Shown in pieces: positions 1 through 9,867 of a stretch of DNA of 64,000 bases. The DNA comes from Acidimicrobiales bacterium (GTDB taxonomy: Bacteria; Actinomycetota; Acidimicrobiia; Acidimicrobiales; CADCTF01). The notes below the pieces were generated by a model, which worked only from the letters and a program-made list of their open reading frames with translations, did not search any database and was not told where the DNA came from. The translations under genes and the position numbers were made by a program. The stretch's first letter is position 1, and the number at the start of each line of letters is the position of its first letter. The stretch is from NCBI GenBank assembly GCA_046597375.1, contig JBKJKM010000174.1:15677-79676 (forward strand). The letters run 5' to 3'.

Positions 1-142
1 GCAATCCACGGTCGGGCTCGAGGGCGAAGGCGAAGAGGACGAGGACGAGGACGGCGAACGGCGCCACCTGGTTGAGGGTCACACGCGACCGGAACTCGAT
101 GCGCAGATCCTTTCCGGCCACGAGAGCGGCGTCGCGCAACAT
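1..142 (-). CDS. ccmB: Heme exporter permease CcmB-like, N-terminal fragment (continues beyond window start)
   Basis: Reverse-strand ATG at 140-142 overlaps the ccmA stop (ATGA). Translation is MLRDAALVAGKDLRIEFRSRVTLNQVAPFAVLVLVLFAFALEPDRG. The KDLRIExRSR motif followed by a hydrophobic helix is typical of the CcmB/HelB N-terminus. The gene sits immediately downstream of a CcmA-like ATPase. Confidence 0.55.
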   Translation of the reverse strand, partial: MLRDAALVAGKDLRIEFRSRVTLNQVAPFAVLVLVLFAFALEPDRGL

Positions 143-828
143 CAGGGCGCGCCGACGAGCTGTGAGGCGAACGGCTGGGTCTCGTGCACCTGGCCACCGA
201 CCACCGTGAGCTGACGCTCGGCCAGCGCCGAGGCCCGGTCGAGCTCGTGGGAGGCGAAGACGATCGTCGTCCCGGCGGTCGCTGCCTCCCGGACGAGGCG
301 GTCGACGAGATCCCGTCCCGCAGCATCGAGACCGGCGTGCGGCTCGTCGAGGAGCCACAGTTCGGGGGCGCGTGCGACGAGCACGGCCAGCGCCGCACGA
401 CGGCGTTGGCCGGCCGAGAGCCGGGCGACGACCACGTCGGCCAGGCGGCCGTCGAGGCCGAGGCGGGTCAGCGCCGGATCGATGGTCGACGCCGGCGCCC
501 CGGCCGCCCGGACGGCGAAGCGGAGGTTGTCGAGCACGGTCAGCTCCTCGTAGAGGAAGCTGGCGTGGCCCAACAGCCCCACCTGGCGGCGGAGTGACCG
601 ACGGTCTCGTCGGAGGTCGGAACCGAGCACCTCGGCCTCCCCATCGACGACGGCGAGCAGGCCGGCGCAGGCGCGGAGAAGCGTGCTCTTGCCGGCTCCG
701 TTGGGCCCCGACAGGTGGACGATCTCCCCGTGCTCGACGAGGAGGTCGGCACCGGCGAGAGCGGGGAACCGGCCGAGCAGGACGACGGCTCGGGACAGAC
801 GGACAGCGGGCGCCATGGGCGGGCCCAT
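142..828 (-). CDS. ccmA: ABC transporter ATP-binding protein, CcmA-like heme exporter subunit
   Basis: Walker A GPNGAGKST, signature LSAGQRRR, Walker B LWLLDEPHAGLD. It has the single-NBD size and the LDxxG/LD motifs typical of CcmA, and is translationally coupled to the ccmB-like gene. Confidence 0.7.
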   Translation of the reverse strand: MGPPMAPAVRLSRAVVLLGRFPALAGADLLVEHGEIVHLSGPNGAGKSTLLRACAGLLAVVDGEAEVLGSDLRRDRRSLRRQVGLLGHASFLYEELTVLDNLRFAVRAAGAPASTIDPALTRLGLDGRLADVVVARLSAGQRRRAALAVLVARAPELWLLDEPHAGLDAAGRDLVDRLVREAATAGTTIVFASHELDRASALAERQLTVVGGQVHETQPFASQLVGAP

Positions 829-917
829 GGTACGACCGGCCTGGTCACAACTACCAGGCAGGCGCAGGGCGGGTGGGGCCGCCCAGGCGTCCGCGAGCGG
901 TACCCTCCCCTCCCGAC

Positions 918-1898
918 ATGGGCGTGCGACGGATCATCGCTGGCATCGGCCGTACGTGCATCGCCTCCGGCGTGCTGATCCTGTTGTTCGTCGCCTACCA
1001 GTTGTGGGGCACCGGGGTGGCCGAGGCGAGGAGCCAGGATCGCCTCCGGTCGGACTTCCTCGATGCCCTGGAAGCGCCGGTGATCACCACCACGTCGACG
1101 GCGCCCGTCGTCACGATCCCCGGCCAGGCGACGACGACAACCACCGTGTCCCCCGCACCGCCGACGCCCACCGGCGAAGCCGTCGCCATCATCCGCATCC
1201 CCAAGATCGGGGTGGAGAAGGCGGTCGTCGAAGGCGTGGGCGTCAACGCACTGAAAGAGGGGCCAGGGCACTACCCGACCACTCCCCTTCCCGGCCAGCC
1301 GGGCAATGCCGCCATCGCCGGCCACCGCACCACCTACGGCGCGCCCTTCTACCGGACCGACGAGCTGGTCGCCGGCGACCTCATCCAGGTGACGACGCGC
1401 CAGGGTGAGTTCACGTACAAGGTCCGTGAGAAGAAGATCGTGCGCCCCACGCAGAACGAAGTGCTCGACGCCTCGGACGAGAACCTACTGACGTTGACGA
1501 CCTGCAATCCGAGGTTCAGCGCCGCCCAGCGCCTGATCATCGTTGGTGAGCTGATCGACAACCCGGCGCCGGCCACACCGCTGCCCGCGCCGGTGCCGGA
1601 GCCCGCCGACCCGGCCGAGCCCGACCTGGAGCCCGACCTGGAGCCGGAAGAGTCGACGATCCCCGACGAGGAGGTCGCGACCCCGTCCCTCGACGAGGCC
1701 AGCGTGTCGGGCGATGCCACGGCCAAGGGCCCGGCGATCCTGTGGGGTCTGCTGGCGGCCTTCGTCTGGCTCGTGACGTGGCTGCTGTCCCGCCGGTGGG
1801 GCCGCCTCACCGCCTACGCCATGGGCACGCCGGTGTTCCTCGTCGTTCTCTTCGTCTTCTTCGAGAACTTCGCCCTCCTCCTGCCCGCCAACGTCTGA
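918..1898 (+). CDS. Class E sortase with N-terminal TM anchor, acidic Pro-rich linker and two extra C-terminal TM helices
   Basis: ATG at 918 lies in frame within the 372..1898 ORF; the upstream part is Arg/Pro shadow sequence. Motifs are AIAGHRTTYGAPF and LLTLTTCNPRFSAAQRL (TLxTC catalytic Cys), matching the SrtE pattern. The N-terminal TM is IASGVLILLFVAYQLW. Confidence 0.85.
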   Translation: MGVRRIIAGIGRTCIASGVLILLFVAYQLWGTGVAEARSQDRLRSDFLDALEAPVITTTSTAPVVTIPGQATTTTTVSPAPPTPTGEAVAIIRIPKIGVEKAVVEGVGVNALKEGPGHYPTTPLPGQPGNAAIAGHRTTYGAPFYRTDELVAGDLIQVTTRQGEFTYKVREKKIVRPTQNEVLDASDENLLTLTTCNPRFSAAQRLIIVGELIDNPAPATPLPAPVPEPADPAEPDLEPDLEPEESTIPDEEVATPSLDEASVSGDATAKGPAILWGLLAAFVWLVTWLLSRRWGRLTAYAMGTPVFLVVLFVFFENFALLLPANV

Positions 1899-2019
1899 GC
1901 GGAGCCCGTCGGAGCGACGGGTACGGACCGCGGCGTCGGGAGCGCCAGCGAGCAGCCGCTGTCGAGCGGCAAGGCCTCGGCCCGGAGGGCGCCGCCGCAG
2001 AGCGAGACCAAGAACGCCG

Positions 2020-2754
2020 TCAGATGTTTGCGAGGCGGCCGAGGCCGATGTCCTGCATGAAGCGCTGCATGGCGCCGGCGAGGGGGCCGAGGCGGTTGGT
2101 GAGCAACAGCACCCCGAAGACGACGAGGAACGATCCGGACACGAGGTTGAGCACTCGGAAGTGGCGCTTGACCCACCCGAAGACGCCGGTGAGACGCCCG
2201 AGGGCGAGGCCGGCGGCCACGAAGGGCACGCCCAGGCCGAGCGAGTAGGCGATGAGGAGGAAGATGCCGCGGGCCAACGTCGATTGCGTGGCCGCCGTGC
2301 TGAGCACCACCGACAGAATCGGTCCGATGCACGGCGTCCAGCCGAAGGCGAAGGCCATGCCCATGAGCGGCGGGGCAAAGGTGCCGAGCGACTGGGGCAG
2401 GACGTGGAACCGGCGCTCGCGCTGCATCGCTGCCGGCGCAACGGCGCCGGCGATGAAGAGACCCATGACGATGGTGAGGATGCCGGCGGCTTGGTTGAGC
2501 CCTTGTTGGTGACGGAGCAGCGACTGCCCGATGGCGCTGGCGCCGGCGCCGAGCAGGGTGAAGACCACGGTGAACCCGAGCACGAACAGCAGGGTGCTGC
2601 GAAGCAACCGCCGGGTCTCGTCGCCCCTCGCCGTCGAGAGCTCGGTGACGCTCACGCCGGACATCAGCGACAGGTAGCCGGGGACCAGCGGCAGCACGCA
2701 CGGGGAGAGGAACGACAGCATCCCGCCAGCGAAGGCAAGCAGAAAGATTCCCAT
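2020..2754 (-). CDS. ccdA: Cytochrome c biogenesis thiol-disulfide transporter CcdA (DsbD-family membrane protein)
   Basis: The N-terminus FLSPCVLPLVPGYLS and a second motif GWTPCIGP are the two conserved Cys motifs of CcdA. The protein is polytopic and hydrophobic, and GGAAAGAGG lies upstream of the ATG. Confidence 0.85.
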   Translation of the reverse strand: MGIFLLAFAGGMLSFLSPCVLPLVPGYLSLMSGVSVTELSTARGDETRRLLRSTLLFVLGFTVVFTLLGAGASAIGQSLLRHQQGLNQAAGILTIVMGLFIAGAVAPAAMQRERRFHVLPQSLGTFAPPLMGMAFAFGWTPCIGPILSVVLSTAATQSTLARGIFLLIAYSLGLGVPFVAAGLALGRLTGVFGWVKRHFRVLNLVSGSFLVVFGVLLLTNRLGPLAGAMQRFMQDIGLGRLANI

Positions 2755-2768
2755 CCTCTTTCCTACGG

Positions 2769-2815
2769 TTCTGGGTGGGTTGGTGTACCGATTCGGTACG
2801 CCAACCCGCCCAGAA
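2769..2815. terminator. 47-nt near-perfect inverted repeat (22-bp arms) between the enoyl-CoA hydratase stop and the ccdA start
   Basis: TTCTGGGTGGGTTGGTGTACCG-ATT-CGGTACGCCAACCCGCCCAGAA. The arms differ at only 2 positions (T versus C). There is no U-tract. Confidence 0.5.
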
Positions 2816-2833
2816 CGAGGAGGGAGGGCGGAA

Positions 2834-3559
2834 TCATCGGCCCTGGAAGTTCGGAGTGCGCTTCTCGGCGCGAGCTCGCTGACCCTCGGCCAGATCGTCG
2901 CTGGTCCAGGCGCGGTCGAAGGCGGCCGTGACCTCCGGGTCGTCGAGTGCAGGCTCGAGTCGGTTGAGCGCCAGCTTGTGGCCGGCGATGGTCAGGGGCG
3001 CCAGCCTCGAGATCTCCCCCGCCCAGGCCTGCGCACCCTCGAGGTCGCCGCCCCGGTTGGCCAGGCCGAGACGCAATGCCGTCGGCGCGTCGAGCTCCTC
3101 GCAAGCCAACAGCACGGCGCGGGCCGGACCGGGACCGGCCAGGAGGGCCAGACGCTGCGCCGTCCAGTGATCGGTCATCAGGCCGAGCTTGGCCGCCGGG
3201 ATGCCGAATCGGGCGTCGTCGGCCACCACCCGGAGGTCGCACGCGATGGCCAGCTGCGTGCCGGCGCCGAGGGCGGCTCCGTGCACGGCGGCGATGGTGA
3301 CGATCGGGACGTCCTTGAGGACGGCGAGCGTGCGGTAGAGGGTGGCCACGAAGCCGTCGGACTCCACACCGGACAGGTCGGCGCCCGAGCAGAAGTTCGT
3401 GCCCCGGCCCGTAAGGACCAGGGCGCGCGCACCAGCGTCGACGGCGTCGGCCACGGCGGTGGCGATGTCCTCGCAGGCCCGGGTGTCGACGGCGTTGCGC
3501 TTCTCGGGGCGAGCGAGGGTGACGACGGCGACCCGGTCGTGCAGCTCGAGTTCGATCAT
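2834..3559 (-). CDS. Enoyl-CoA hydratase/isomerase family protein
   Basis: MIELELHDRVAVVTLARPEKRNAVD...LTGRGTNFCSGADL...AAVHGAALGAGTQLAIACDLRV are classic crotonase-fold motifs. Confidence 0.85.
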   Translation of the reverse strand: MIELELHDRVAVVTLARPEKRNAVDTRACEDIATAVADAVDAGARALVLTGRGTNFCSGADLSGVESDGFVATLYRTLAVLKDVPIVTIAAVHGAALGAGTQLAIACDLRVVADDARFGIPAAKLGLMTDHWTAQRLALLAGPGPARAVLLACEELDAPTALRLGLANRGGDLEGAQAWAGEISRLAPLTIAGHKLALNRLEPALDDPEVTAAFDRAWTSDDLAEGQRARAEKRTPNFQGR

Positions 3560-3699
3560 GAGGTTCGGATCTCCATGGCGGCGGGAACGCTACCGATCGT
3601 GCTCGTCAGCGGCGCCAGCGCCGCGGGCTGCTCGGTGGTGACCGGCGGGGCGGTCTGCTCAGCGGTGGCCCGCGGCGCGGCGGGATGTTCGAACGCTGG

Positions 3700-5188
<1,489 letters not shown>

Positions 5189-5206
5189 CCCCAGGATTCG
5201 ACTCGC

Positions 5207-6106
5207 TCAGTTCTGGAGGCTGAGGACCTCGGACGCCACCTCGCCGAGCTCGTCGTCCCACGACGCCGGCTCGCCGGCGGGCACGAGGACGAACTTGGAG
5301 AACCCGACCTCGCAGAAGCGCTCGAGGTGGGCGCGGAGCGCCGGAAGGCCGGCCGGCACCACGTCACCGGGATCGGCGTCGGGGTTGCGGGCCCGCAGCA
5401 CCGACGCCAACCGTTCCGGGAGCTCCGCGCTCCGCGTGTAGATGACGAGGGCTCCCCAGTGTTCGGCGTCGACCTCGCGACCGGCGGCCGAGGCCGCTTG
5501 CTCGACCACGGTCCGTCCGGCCGCCGCCTCGGCCGGCGACGAGAACGAAGGGAGCCAGCCGTCGCCCAGGCGGCCGACCCGGCGCAGCTCGCTCGGCGCC
5601 CGACCGCCCAGCCAGACCTCGAGGGGCGACTGCACCGGCTTGGGCCGAACGCCGATGCCTTGGTAGGAGAAGAACGGGCCCTCGTGGTCGACCGTGTCCT
5701 CGGTCCAGAAGCGCCGCAGCAGCGGGAGGGCCTCGTCGAAGCGCTTGGCCCGCTCCGTACGCTCGACGCCGAAGGCCTGTTGCTCGGCGCCATCGGCCAC
5801 GCCGAGGCCGAACGCCGGCAACAGCCGGCCATTGGAGAGGTGGTCGAGCGAGGCGAGTTCCTTGGCCAGCAGGACCGGGTTGCGTCCGGGGAGCACGAGG
5901 ACGGAGAAGCCGAGCTTGAGCTTCTTCGTGCGGCCCGCGGCGACGGACAAACCAACGATCGGGTCGACGGCTCCGCCGGTCACCCGTTCGCTCAACCACA
6001 GCGAGTCGAACCGGTTGGCCTCGAGACCGTCGACCAGCGCCGCGAAGCCGGCACCCCCAGCAGTGGAGGTGCCGGTACCCAGGCCGTAGCCGACGCGAAT
6101 CTTCAC
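5207..6106 (-). CDS. LLM-class (luciferase-like) F420-dependent oxidoreductase
   Basis: GTG 6104-6106 overlaps the stop of the upstream gene (GTGA). VKIRVGYGLG...FDSLWLSERV...LGFSVLVLPGRNPVLLAKELASLDHLSNGRLLPAFGLG matches the LLM family pattern. The 621-aa track ORF is an artefactual fusion. Confidence 0.8.
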   Translation of the reverse strand: MKIRVGYGLGTGTSTAGGAGFAALVDGLEANRFDSLWLSERVTGGAVDPIVGLSVAAGRTKKLKLGFSVLVLPGRNPVLLAKELASLDHLSNGRLLPAFGLGVADGAEQQAFGVERTERAKRFDEALPLLRRFWTEDTVDHEGPFFSYQGIGVRPKPVQSPLEVWLGGRAPSELRRVGRLGDGWLPSFSSPAEAAAGRTVVEQAASAAGREVDAEHWGALVIYTRSAELPERLASVLRARNPDADPGDVVPAGLPALRAHLERFCEVGFSKFVLVPAGEPASWDDELGEVASEVLSLQN

Positions 6107-7023
6107 GAGACCTTCAGTGTGCCCTCCATGTCCGGGTGGAGGCTGCAATAGAAGCGGTAGGCGCCGGCCTCGAGGTCGAATTCGGCACGACCCGCCTTCT
6201 GGCCCGGGACTTGCTCGGCCACCACGCCGTTGATGGTGAAATCGTGGTGTGCGACGTCGTCGTTCTCGACGAACACGGTGATGCGGCCGGCGTCGGCGTC
6301 GAGGGTCGAGGCGCTGAACTCGAAATTCTTCGCCTGCAGCGTCAGATCGCCGGGCATGCGGGTCGCTGATCCGGTCAGCGAGCCCGCCACGATGCCGACG
6401 ACCACCAGGACGGCGATGACGGCGCCGGCGACCTTCGGGGCCACGCCGGCCATTGGTCCCCCTTGGCGACGCAGGGCCCCGACCGTTGCCACGAGACCGA
6501 GGACGCTGACGACGAACAAGCCACCGAAGAGGATGAGCTCGAACGTGCTCTCTGCCCGGGTCAAGACGGTGAGGCCTCCAAACATGGCGACCATGGCGAA
6601 CAGGAGGAGGCTGACGATGCCGGCGTAGACCACGCCTCCCCGTCCCTCCGACCGGTGCAGCCAAACGACGCCGCCGGACACGATCACTCCGATCACGAGA
6701 GGCATGGGATCGAGACGCCCCTCGAAGAGGAGGGTGATGACGGCCATGAAGGCCGCCATGATCGCCTGTCCGACGGCTGCCCCCCGCAGGACGTCTCGCC
6801 ACGTCCTGTCCGTCGTCGGGGTGATCGGGCTCGTCGTGGTCGGGATCGGGGTTGTCGTGGTGCTGGTCGTGCGCACTGCCGCCTCCTGCGGGATGGTCTG
6901 ACCTCCCCAGCGTGCGCCGCCGACGCCGACCGGCGCAGGAGTGCCAGCCAGCGTTCCTGCTGGGGGTGCTAGCCCCACCCCCGCAGCCGGGCGGATGGGG
7001 GGGGTGCTCAGCGTCCGGTCCAC
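6103..7023 (-). CDS. Polytopic membrane protein with C-terminal cupredoxin (amicyanin-like type-1 copper) domain
   Basis: There are about 4 predicted TM helices, then FEFSASTLDADAGRITVFVENDDVAHHDFTI...YRFYCSLHPDMEGTLKVS. The H...C-x2-H-x2-M ligand spacing matches amicyanin (YHCTPHPFM). The start codon is uncertain because it overlaps the upstream gene by 16 nt. Confidence 0.7.
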   Translation of the reverse strand: MDRTLSTPPIRPAAGVGLAPPAGTLAGTPAPVGVGGARWGGQTIPQEAAVRTTSTTTTPIPTTTSPITPTTDRTWRDVLRGAAVGQAIMAAFMAVITLLFEGRLDPMPLVIGVIVSGGVVWLHRSEGRGGVVYAGIVSLLLFAMVAMFGGLTVLTRAESTFELILFGGLFVVSVLGLVATVGALRRQGGPMAGVAPKVAGAVIAVLVVVGIVAGSLTGSATRMPGDLTLQAKNFEFSASTLDADAGRITVFVENDDVAHHDFTINGVVAEQVPGQKAGRAEFDLEAGAYRFYCSLHPDMEGTLKVS

Positions 7024-7808
7024 TCCGGACGACGCTTTTCGGCGAAGGCGGCCAGGCCCTCCTTGGCGTCATTCGTGAGCGTGGTGAGCGTGAGCATCGG
7101 ATGGAGGTACTCGAGGGCGTCAGCGGCGGCCCGGTCCCAGACGGCGTAGAACGAGTCCCGTCCGAGCTTCACGATCGCCGGTGACTTGGTCACCAGTGCT
7201 CCTGCCAACTCGGCGACGGCTTCGTCGAGGCCGTCGACGGGGACGACCCGGTTGACGAACCCCACGCGCTCGGCTTCGGCGGCGCCGACACGGCGACCGG
7301 TGAGCATCAGCTCGAGCACCTTCTTCGGCGGCATCGAACGCACCAGCGGCACGGTGATCATGAACGGCCAGAGCCCCACGTCGATCTCGGGCGTCCCGAA
7401 CTGGGCATCGTCGGCAGCGACCACGAAGTCGCAGGCGAGGGCGAGGCCCATACCGCCGGCCAACGCGTAGCCCCGCACGCGGGCGATCGTCGGCTTGCCG
7501 AGCGACCATAGGTCGAGAAAGAGGCCGGCCAACCCGCCTCGACCCTCGTGGAGTTCGAGGAACCCCGTCGCCGATCCCGCCTCGGCCGTCGGGCCGGCCA
7601 TGCCATCGAGGTCGGCCCCTGCGCAGAACGCCCGATCCCCCGCTCCGGTGAGCACGACCACACGCACCGAGTCGTCGTCGCGCAAGGTCGCCAGCACGGA
7701 CCGGAGCTCCCCGATCACCGCCCACGACAGTGCGTTGCGCCGCTCCGGGCGGTTGATGGTCACCGTCGCCACGCCTCCTGCGGTCGTGCAGAGGACCTCG
7801 TCGGTCAT
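7008..7808 (-). CDS. Enoyl-CoA hydratase/isomerase family protein
   Basis: VATVTINRPERRNAL...VLTGAGDRAFCAGADL...ARVRGYALAGGMGLALACDF is a crotonase fold. Confidence 0.85.
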   Translation of the reverse strand: MTDEVLCTTAGGVATVTINRPERRNALSWAVIGELRSVLATLRDDDSVRVVVLTGAGDRAFCAGADLDGMAGPTAEAGSATGFLELHEGRGGLAGLFLDLWSLGKPTIARVRGYALAGGMGLALACDFVVAADDAQFGTPEIDVGLWPFMITVPLVRSMPPKKVLELMLTGRRVGAAEAERVGFVNRVVPVDGLDEAVAELAGALVTKSPAIVKLGRDSFYAVWDRAAADALEYLHPMLTLTTLTNDAKEGLAAFAEKRRPEWTGR

Positions 7809-7842
7809 CGTTGGATCACAGCTCGGACGCTACCGTCGGTTC

Positions 7843-8388
7843 GTGTTCATCGCCGTGGCCATCGTGGCCGGCATCGTTCTCGGGTTGGCGCGAGGCGGGC
7901 GGTTCGAGAACCTCGGCGAGGCGGCCTTTCGCCTGTGGCCGCTGCTGATCCTGGGCGTGGTCGTCCAGGGCGCCGCCGCCTTCACCGGCGACGGTGCCGT
8001 CATCATGATCCTGGCCAGTTACGTGCTGCTGCTCCTCTTCGCAGCTGCCAACCTGCACTTCGCAGGCATGGGTGTCGTGTTCGTCGGCATCGCCCTCAAT
8101 GTGGCCGTCATCGGCGTGAACGGTGGCATGCCCGTTCGCGACGACGCCATCGTGGCGGCGGGCATCGTCGAGCGGGCCGAGATCGCCACCCTCGACTTCG
8201 GCGCCAAGCGTCATCTCGAGACCGACGACGACCGACTCACGTTGCTGGGCGACATCGTCCCGGTTCCGCTGGCCGGGGAGGTGCTGTCGTTCGGCGACCT
8301 GGCGATGAGCGTCGGCGTCGCCACCGTCCTGGTGACGCTCCTCAGACGGAGAGGGCGGGGAGGGTCTGCGTTGACAAGTAGCGGTTGA
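7843..8388 (+). CDS. Small polytopic membrane protein (DUF5317-like, tentative)
   Basis: GTG 7843 is the first plausible start in the frame of the 7495..8388 ORF after the upstream gene ends. The protein has hydrophobic helices, NVAVIGVNGGMPV and a GDIVPVPL...SFGDL motif. The family name is from memory only. Confidence 0.55.
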   Translation: MFIAVAIVAGIVLGLARGGRFENLGEAAFRLWPLLILGVVVQGAAAFTGDGAVIMILASYVLLLLFAAANLHFAGMGVVFVGIALNVAVIGVNGGMPVRDDAIVAAGIVERAEIATLDFGAKRHLETDDDRLTLLGDIVPVPLAGEVLSFGDLAMSVGVATVLVTLLRRRGRGGSALTSSG

Positions 8389-8923
8389 GGGCGTGCAGCG
8401 TGGCCCGGACTGCGGCCTGCTCGACGTTGGTGCCGGCGGCCACGCCGTAGCGCTGGCCCGACTGCTCTGAGCCGAGCACGATCATCACGCCCTCACCGAG
8501 CACGTGCTCGAACAGGGCGGCCGCTTCCACCTGGAAGGGCACCTTGGCCCCGAGCCGCTGCAAGGCGTCGAAGGTCGCCGCCGCCGCCGCCGTCGGATCG
8601 TCGCCGTTGGCCCGTCCCACCGTGCGGACGCCCTCGAAGCCGAGGTGAACCTCGATGGCCACGGGCTCGGCGTCGCGGTCGACGAGGTGCACGTCGAGGA
8701 GCCGGATGCGCGAGGGACGAGTGCCGCCGGCGATCTCCACCACGAACGGTCGATCGAGGTGGGCGCGACACGAACGCTCGGCCTGGTGGCGCAGCGTGGA
8801 GGGGTCGGGGCTGGCGAGAGCGAGCACTTGGACCACGAGAGTGTCGGTCCGCTCATGGAACCCGACGAAGGCCACGTTGGGCAGGCGTCGCAGATCGAGC
8901 TCGAGGAGGTCGAGCGACTTCAC
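8342..8923 (-). CDS. Hypothetical protein (paralog A of 12949..13677); last gene of the c-di-GMP operon
   Basis: The start GTG overlaps the GGDEF gene stop (GTGA). Third codon positions are G/C-rich. It shares domain order and conserved positions with the 12949..13677 product. I recognise no family. Confidence 0.6.
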   Translation of the reverse strand: MKSLDLLELDLRRLPNVAFVGFHERTDTLVVQVLALASPDPSTLRHQAERSCRAHLDRPFVVEIAGGTRPSRIRLLDVHLVDRDAEPVAIEVHLGFEGVRTVGRANGDDPTAAAAATFDALQRLGAKVPFQVEAAALFEHVLGEGVMIVLGSEQSGQRYGVAAGTNVEQAAVRATLHALNRYLSTQTLPALSV

Positions 8924-9807
8924 GGGCGCTTCCCCTGGGAGAGGCGGGCATCGGCCGTGGAAAAGAGGTCCTCGGGCCGGAAGCCGTCGTCGGGCGAGAC
9001 GGCGTAGCCGGCGCTCAAGGTGACCCCGGCGTTGGGCACGGCCGATTCGATGGTCCGCTCGATGCGGTCGACCAACTCGGCGACGGCCGCCTCGCCGACA
9101 TTTGGGAGCACCAGGGCGAACTCGTCACCACCGATGCGGGCGGCGACATCACCTCCCCGCAACCGGAGTCGCAGCTCACTCCCCACGGCCTGGAGTGTTG
9201 CGTCCCCGGCGTCGTGCCCGAAGCGGTCGTCGGCCATCTTCACATCCCCCAGATCGAGCACGACCAGCGCAAACGGCCAGCCGTAGCGCTGGGACTGGGC
9301 GCACGACCTCGCCAGGGCCTCATCGAACGCGCGCCGGTTGAGCAGGCCCGTGAGGGCGTCGTGCCGCGAGTCGTGGCGAGCCACGTCGAGTTGGAGCGCC
9401 AGCGAGCAGAGCTGCATGACGCTTCCGGCCACGGCGATGTCGATCGGTGCCGGCGTGGCGTGAATGCCTGCGGTACCGCTACGGACGAGCTCTTGGGCCC
9501 AGCTCGTCTCGATGGGACGGCGACCGGCCCGGAAGGCTTGGCGGCCGAGCGGACCGTCATCGACGATGACGAGCACGTCCTCGGCCTCGCTGCTCCGCTG
9601 CATCCGATCGAGGGACCGGTAGACGAACTCCACACCGCTCTCGGCGGCGGCGAGGTCGGCGGTCACGGAGCCCAACGAGGAGTCGGCCTGGGAATCGATG
9701 GTCGGCAGGAGCGAGAGCGGAGGCTCGGCGACGAGGGTCGCGTCCGGCGGGTCGGCCACGCCAGGACCGTTCTCCCCGAGCTTCTTCCGCCAGGCCACGT
9801 TCGACAT
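8920..9807 (-). CDS. Diguanylate cyclase (GGDEF domain) with uncharacterised N-terminal domain
   Basis: HDALTGLLNRRAF...LVVLDLGDVKMADDRFGHDAGDATL...ARIGGDEFALVLP shows an intact GGDEF active site. Confidence 0.9.
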   Translation of the reverse strand: MSNVAWRKKLGENGPGVADPPDATLVAEPPLSLLPTIDSQADSSLGSVTADLAAAESGVEFVYRSLDRMQRSSEAEDVLVIVDDGPLGRQAFRAGRRPIETSWAQELVRSGTAGIHATPAPIDIAVAGSVMQLCSLALQLDVARHDSRHDALTGLLNRRAFDEALARSCAQSQRYGWPFALVVLDLGDVKMADDRFGHDAGDATLQAVGSELRLRLRGGDVAARIGGDEFALVLPNVGEAAVAELVDRIERTIESAVPNAGVTLSAGYAVSPDDGFRPEDLFSTADARLSQGKRP

Positions 9808-9867
9808 TACTCGCCGCCTTGTCGGCGACCTCCTGCCCGGATGGCCGGGCTCCGTGACAACTGCCCG

